A stretch of 64,000 nucleotides of DNA, taken from Selaginella moellendorffii. Taxonomy: Eukaryota; Plantae; Lycopodiophyta. Shown piece by piece: positions 60,403 through 64,000 of the stretch. The notes beneath the pieces were generated by a model. That model was not told the DNA's origin and searched no databases. It was given only the letters and a program-made list of their open reading frames with translations. Numbering within the stretch: the stretch's first letter is position 1; each line of letters begins with the position of its first letter. The stretch is taken from assembly GCF_000143415.4 (NCBI RefSeq), contig NW_003314295.1, positions 1,535,950 through 1,599,949 of the forward strand. The letters run 5' to 3'. Made by a program: the position numbers and the translations under genes.

Positions 60403-61816
60403 AAGAGTAAGCAGCTGTTTTTGGTTTTGGAGAAAAAAAGGCAGCTTCAGCAGTAGCAGCGGCAGCAGTCAAAGTGCTCGTTGGGAAGTGTCAAATCGCT
60501 TGCTACAGGGAAGGAAGGCTTCTTTCCTTTTTCTTTTCACTTTTTCTTTCCCAGTGCCCATCTCTGGGGGAAAGCTTGATCACCAAATTCCAAAGCTGAT
60601 AATTGAGATATGCAATAGGAATTGGAAGAAGAAAGAAAGGTATCTGTGCTGGAGGTATCTCATCTTATTGCTCCATAGCTGTATTTTATAAAAGTTCACC
60701 ACCATTTATACGAAATGTGCCATGGAACTTTCTCATTGATAGATCATGGAATCACGGCCCCCCTGCTTTTTAATCACACACCATTTTCTTTATTGCAACA
60801 TTCCTCGCTAGGTTATAGCTGCTTTACAAAGCTTTTTCAAATACTTGAAGTATTTTCTGTTTTGATGTGGTCGAGAAATTGGATGATGCAATGCAAATTA
60901 GCTTCCGTTGCACCCACTTTCGTGTGCCCTGCATTCCAATCGCTTTCGTGTGCCCCTGCAACAAATTATTAAATGGGGAAGAAAAAGGAAACAAAAGTAT
61001 TAAACAATTGGAAATATCTAGCGAGAACGCAAGAGGCCAAACGCATTGCATTTTTTCTTTTTGTTGGCACCCACCGTATTGATGAAATTGCAGAAGGGCT
61101 AAAACCATGGGATGGGATCAAACGAAAACTACCTCTATCTCTATCTCATACATCCACAGAAAGGGGCAAGCACAGAGAAATGTTAGAAAAATAGGATACA
61201 CTTCTTAAACTCCTGGCCAACTTGCGCCCGGGCAACATGGCTGATCAAATGTTGAACAACAATGCCGTATACGGAAAGCAAAAAGAAAAGAAAAAGTTTA
61301 AATTAAGAAAAAAGATGGCGCTTTCAAAGTACAGTAAGTATATTCTACACCCCAAAGAAATCTTCATTGAAATCGGGGTTAAACCATCAAGCACCCAAAT
61401 GCCCCCTTGTGGCAAACCATGGGTTTAAACTGGGCCCCTTCCGTACAGGTCTAGGTGGTGGAAGCGAAGAGGGGCCCAAAAAAACGTCAACGTAAGCGAA
61501 TGTTGGCTGACGCAAGCGGGGGGCGTTGGGTCCGTGTTTTACCGCAGGTGAAAGCTTAAAAGGAACAAGCGCGGCGTGGCGGCCTCGCTGTCCGTCGGAT
61601 TAAGCCCCCAAGGTAAATATAGGGAGAAAGAAGTTACCACGAAAATTTTCTCGGAATAAAACATTAATTGAAGCGGAGGTGGAGATTGTGTCAGCAATGC
61701 CCGCGCTTTTCTTTAAGCCGTCAACTTTGGCAAAATCTCTCCCGAAGCAGACAAGCAAAAGACTCTATAAAAAACGAAGCTGGATTAGTGTGTTTAAAGC
61801 ATTTTTCTTTCTAGAT

Positions 61817-61892
61817 TCTCTCTCTTTCCCGAGCTCGCTCTCTCTCTCTCTCTCACAGACACGCGAGCGGCGAGCGAGACCCTCTCTCTCTT
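61817..61892. promoter_or_regulatory. GA/CT-repeat tracts upstream of KNOX (putative BBR/BPC GAGA elements)
   Basis: ctctctctctctctctc and two shorter CT runs about 0.6-0.7 kb upstream of the KNOX ATG; a regulatory role is inferred only. Confidence 0.4.
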
Positions 61893-62501
61893 GGATCATT
61901 GGATGGATGGAGCAGAAGCGCAAGCCCAGCAAGCACAAAACACCGGGCGAAGAATCGCAAGGGGAGGAACAGGAATTTGTGGAGGACGAGACTGCCGAGA
62001 TTTTCTAGTCCAGCACTGCTTATAAGTTCTTCTTTGATCAAGGGGGACGCCAAGATATCGATCCCGTTTCTTACGCGGAGCCGCAGCTGATAAATTCATG
62101 GGCTATGATTTTTATAACTTGGGTCTGCGTGTGGTCCGCATCTACTGCAAGCGTGCTACTTGGGTTTGCAGCTCTGGATCGATGCGGTGGTGAATCGCGA
62201 AGTCTTTGATCCGTAGCACCTAGAGTCTTACAAAAGGTAGAGAAGCTCTTTTCTTCAGCAGCAGCGGAGAATCGAGCCATCCCCGGAGCCATTCGTTTCC
62301 GGTGTGTGTTGCGGTCACTGCAGAAGCTTTGCTCACACAATTCCAGTCGAGGGTCGCATTCTTTTCCTCATAAGTCTCCACAGAAAGTTACACACTGGGA
62401 GGAGGGCAAAGGATAAGAACGGTTACGTGCCTAAGATCATCGCTTCTCTCCCCTAAGATCACCACAGTTTTACTTCCAAGTTTCTCTAGTTTTCCAAGAT
62501 C

Positions 62502-63166
62502 ATGGCTGGGGGTTACGCGCCAACGAAATTCGCAAACATGGAGGAATGGCTCGTCGAAGGTTTGATAGAGCAGGCAGCGGAGGGACTCACAACCTCGCCG
62601 CCGCCGCCGCCGCCGCCGCCATTAGCACCAACATCATCCATGGCGGCACCAAGAACGGAACACGAGGACATGGATCCGCGCGGCAGCAAGGTTTCACTGT
62701 CAGATAGCGAGATCATGTCGGCCATATCAGGACATCCGCAGTACAAGGAGCTCCTGCGAGCACACATGAATTGCTACAAGGTGAGAGCAGAAAAAAAAGA
62801 TTTGTTTTCGTTTTCTTGCTGTAGTTCGAGAGGGTTTTATGCGAAAATGTAGTTCTCGCCTCTCTCTCAGGTTGGAGCTTCCGCGGATTTGGCGGCCCAG
62901 ATGGACGAGCTCGTTCGGAAGCGTGAATTCGAGAGTGCCGTCAAGACGAGCATTGGAGTTGATCCAGAGCTGGATCAATTCATGGTAACTTACTCACTCG
63001 CAACTCCAAACTCTTACAGTGTTCTACCAGGTTGCTTACTGCAATGTCCTCAACGCCTATGAGATCGAGCTGCGGAGAACTTTCAAAGAGGCCATCGAGT
63101 TTTGCAAGAAGCAAGAGCACCAGCTCAGTGTCATCGCAGTTAGCAACATCGACGTGCTCTCTTCTG
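62502..63166 (+). CDS. KNOX: Class I KNOX homeobox gene, 5' part (KNOX1/KNOX2 = MEINOX exons 62502-62780, 62871-62984, 63031-63166); long intron 3 appears to run out of the window
   Basis: AISGHPQYKELLRAHMNCYKVGA; IGVDPELDQFM.AYC.VL..Y..EL.R.F.EA..F...QE.QL; no ELK/homeodomain on the + strand before 64000. Confidence 0.9.
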
Positions 63167-64000
63167 GTAAAGCTCGCAAACACTCTTACAACGCTGCTTG
63201 TCCGGTGGCTTGCGTTCTTGGGTACCTTTTTCGCACTAAGTTTCTTTATACTTGCTGCATGATTTAGTCCATTCCTTCTTCCCATTTTTTTTACGTTGAT
63301 CGTGCTGCCTGTGGGTGAAACTCGTTCATGATCGTCATCACTAGTAGCAGCAGCAGCAGCAGCAGCTTAGCAGGGAAAGATAAAAATAAGAATCCAGAAT
63401 CATGGGGAATGGAAAAAGGAAAGCAAGACACATGAGGCAAATTGGTCCGGGGGGTATGGAATAATTCAGCTGATGGTGATAGTGCGAGGGACTCTGATAG
63501 TGAGGTGACCTTTGCATTTAGGAGGTGCCACAGAGGTCTTGTTTTCGCAGTCGTCTTGTGTGGAGCTGGTGGTAAATAGGCAGGGAAACGCAGGTTCCTT
63601 GCAACGCAAAGGTTTTTAATCCAGATGAGCAGATCTTTACAGAGATGGGTGGTACCTTTTAAATCCTCCTCAGGCTTTGGTGCTATCCAGCTCTATTCAT
63701 CTCTATAGATTGGATTGGATTGGATTGTAACACGCTCTCGTTGGATCAAACGGGGATCGCAAATCCGATAGCGAAAGATCATCATAATCGCCAGCAGCGG
63801 CAGCAGCAGGAGCAGTGGTAGCAGCAACAGCGACAGTTTTGGAAGAAAGAGAGGAAGGGAGAAAAGAAGAGAGAAGGTTTTCGATATCTTTCTCCCTTTC
63901 TGCGGGTGATCTTCCGGCCGATAGGAAGTTTTCACGTGAAGATGGAGCTGCCTGTTCACGTCACCACCATTTTGTGAATGCTGGCTGGGCTGGGCGCTGG

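Noticed and set aside
60172-60691. Poly-Ala/Ser/Leu ORFs
   Set aside because: Produced by the CAG microsatellite; no other coding signal, and no known miRNA sequence recognised in the 60-62 kb region.
53224-63166. Trans-splicing of the two KNOX halves
   Set aside because: Phase match is expected for any duplicated exon; the fragment has a premature stop, and the true 3' exons probably lie beyond the window.

Overview
Eukaryotic nuclear DNA from a land plant with a very compact genome: introns are mostly about 45-100 nt, many intergenic gaps are under 200 bp, and there is a PLS-class PPR gene. The style strongly suggests the lycophyte Selaginella, which is an inference and was not database-checked. 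The first ~28.5 kb is AT-rich and transposon-dominated. It holds a decayed RPA70-like OB-fold gene, a TA-flanked pogo/Fot-like (DD35D) DNA transposon, an intronless REase+kinase gene of the Crinkler-effector type, a DUF1635 gene, a PPR gene, an AT-rich secreted bulb-lectin ORF beside a hairpin-flanked assembly gap, and a young full-length Ty3/Gypsy LTR retrotransposon (671-bp LTRs, ACAGT target duplication). The rest is gene-dense: Iojap/RsfS, trihelix TF, capping protein beta, GH3 beta-xylosidase, UGT, BAH-Agenet, lipase 3, complex I 51 kDa, BORCS8, a 47-aa microprotein missed by the ORF track, RRP42, nicalin, CTF8, Dabb, DUF538, UBA3/ECR1 and the 5' half of a class I KNOX gene. The 52-58 kb zone is locally rearranged, with a Dabb pseudo-copy, an inverted KNOX ELK/homeodomain fragment, and a NYN-domain gene carrying tandem duplications and an internal 310-bp inversion. 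Exon boundaries were read by eye. Family calls rest on motif recognition, not searches.
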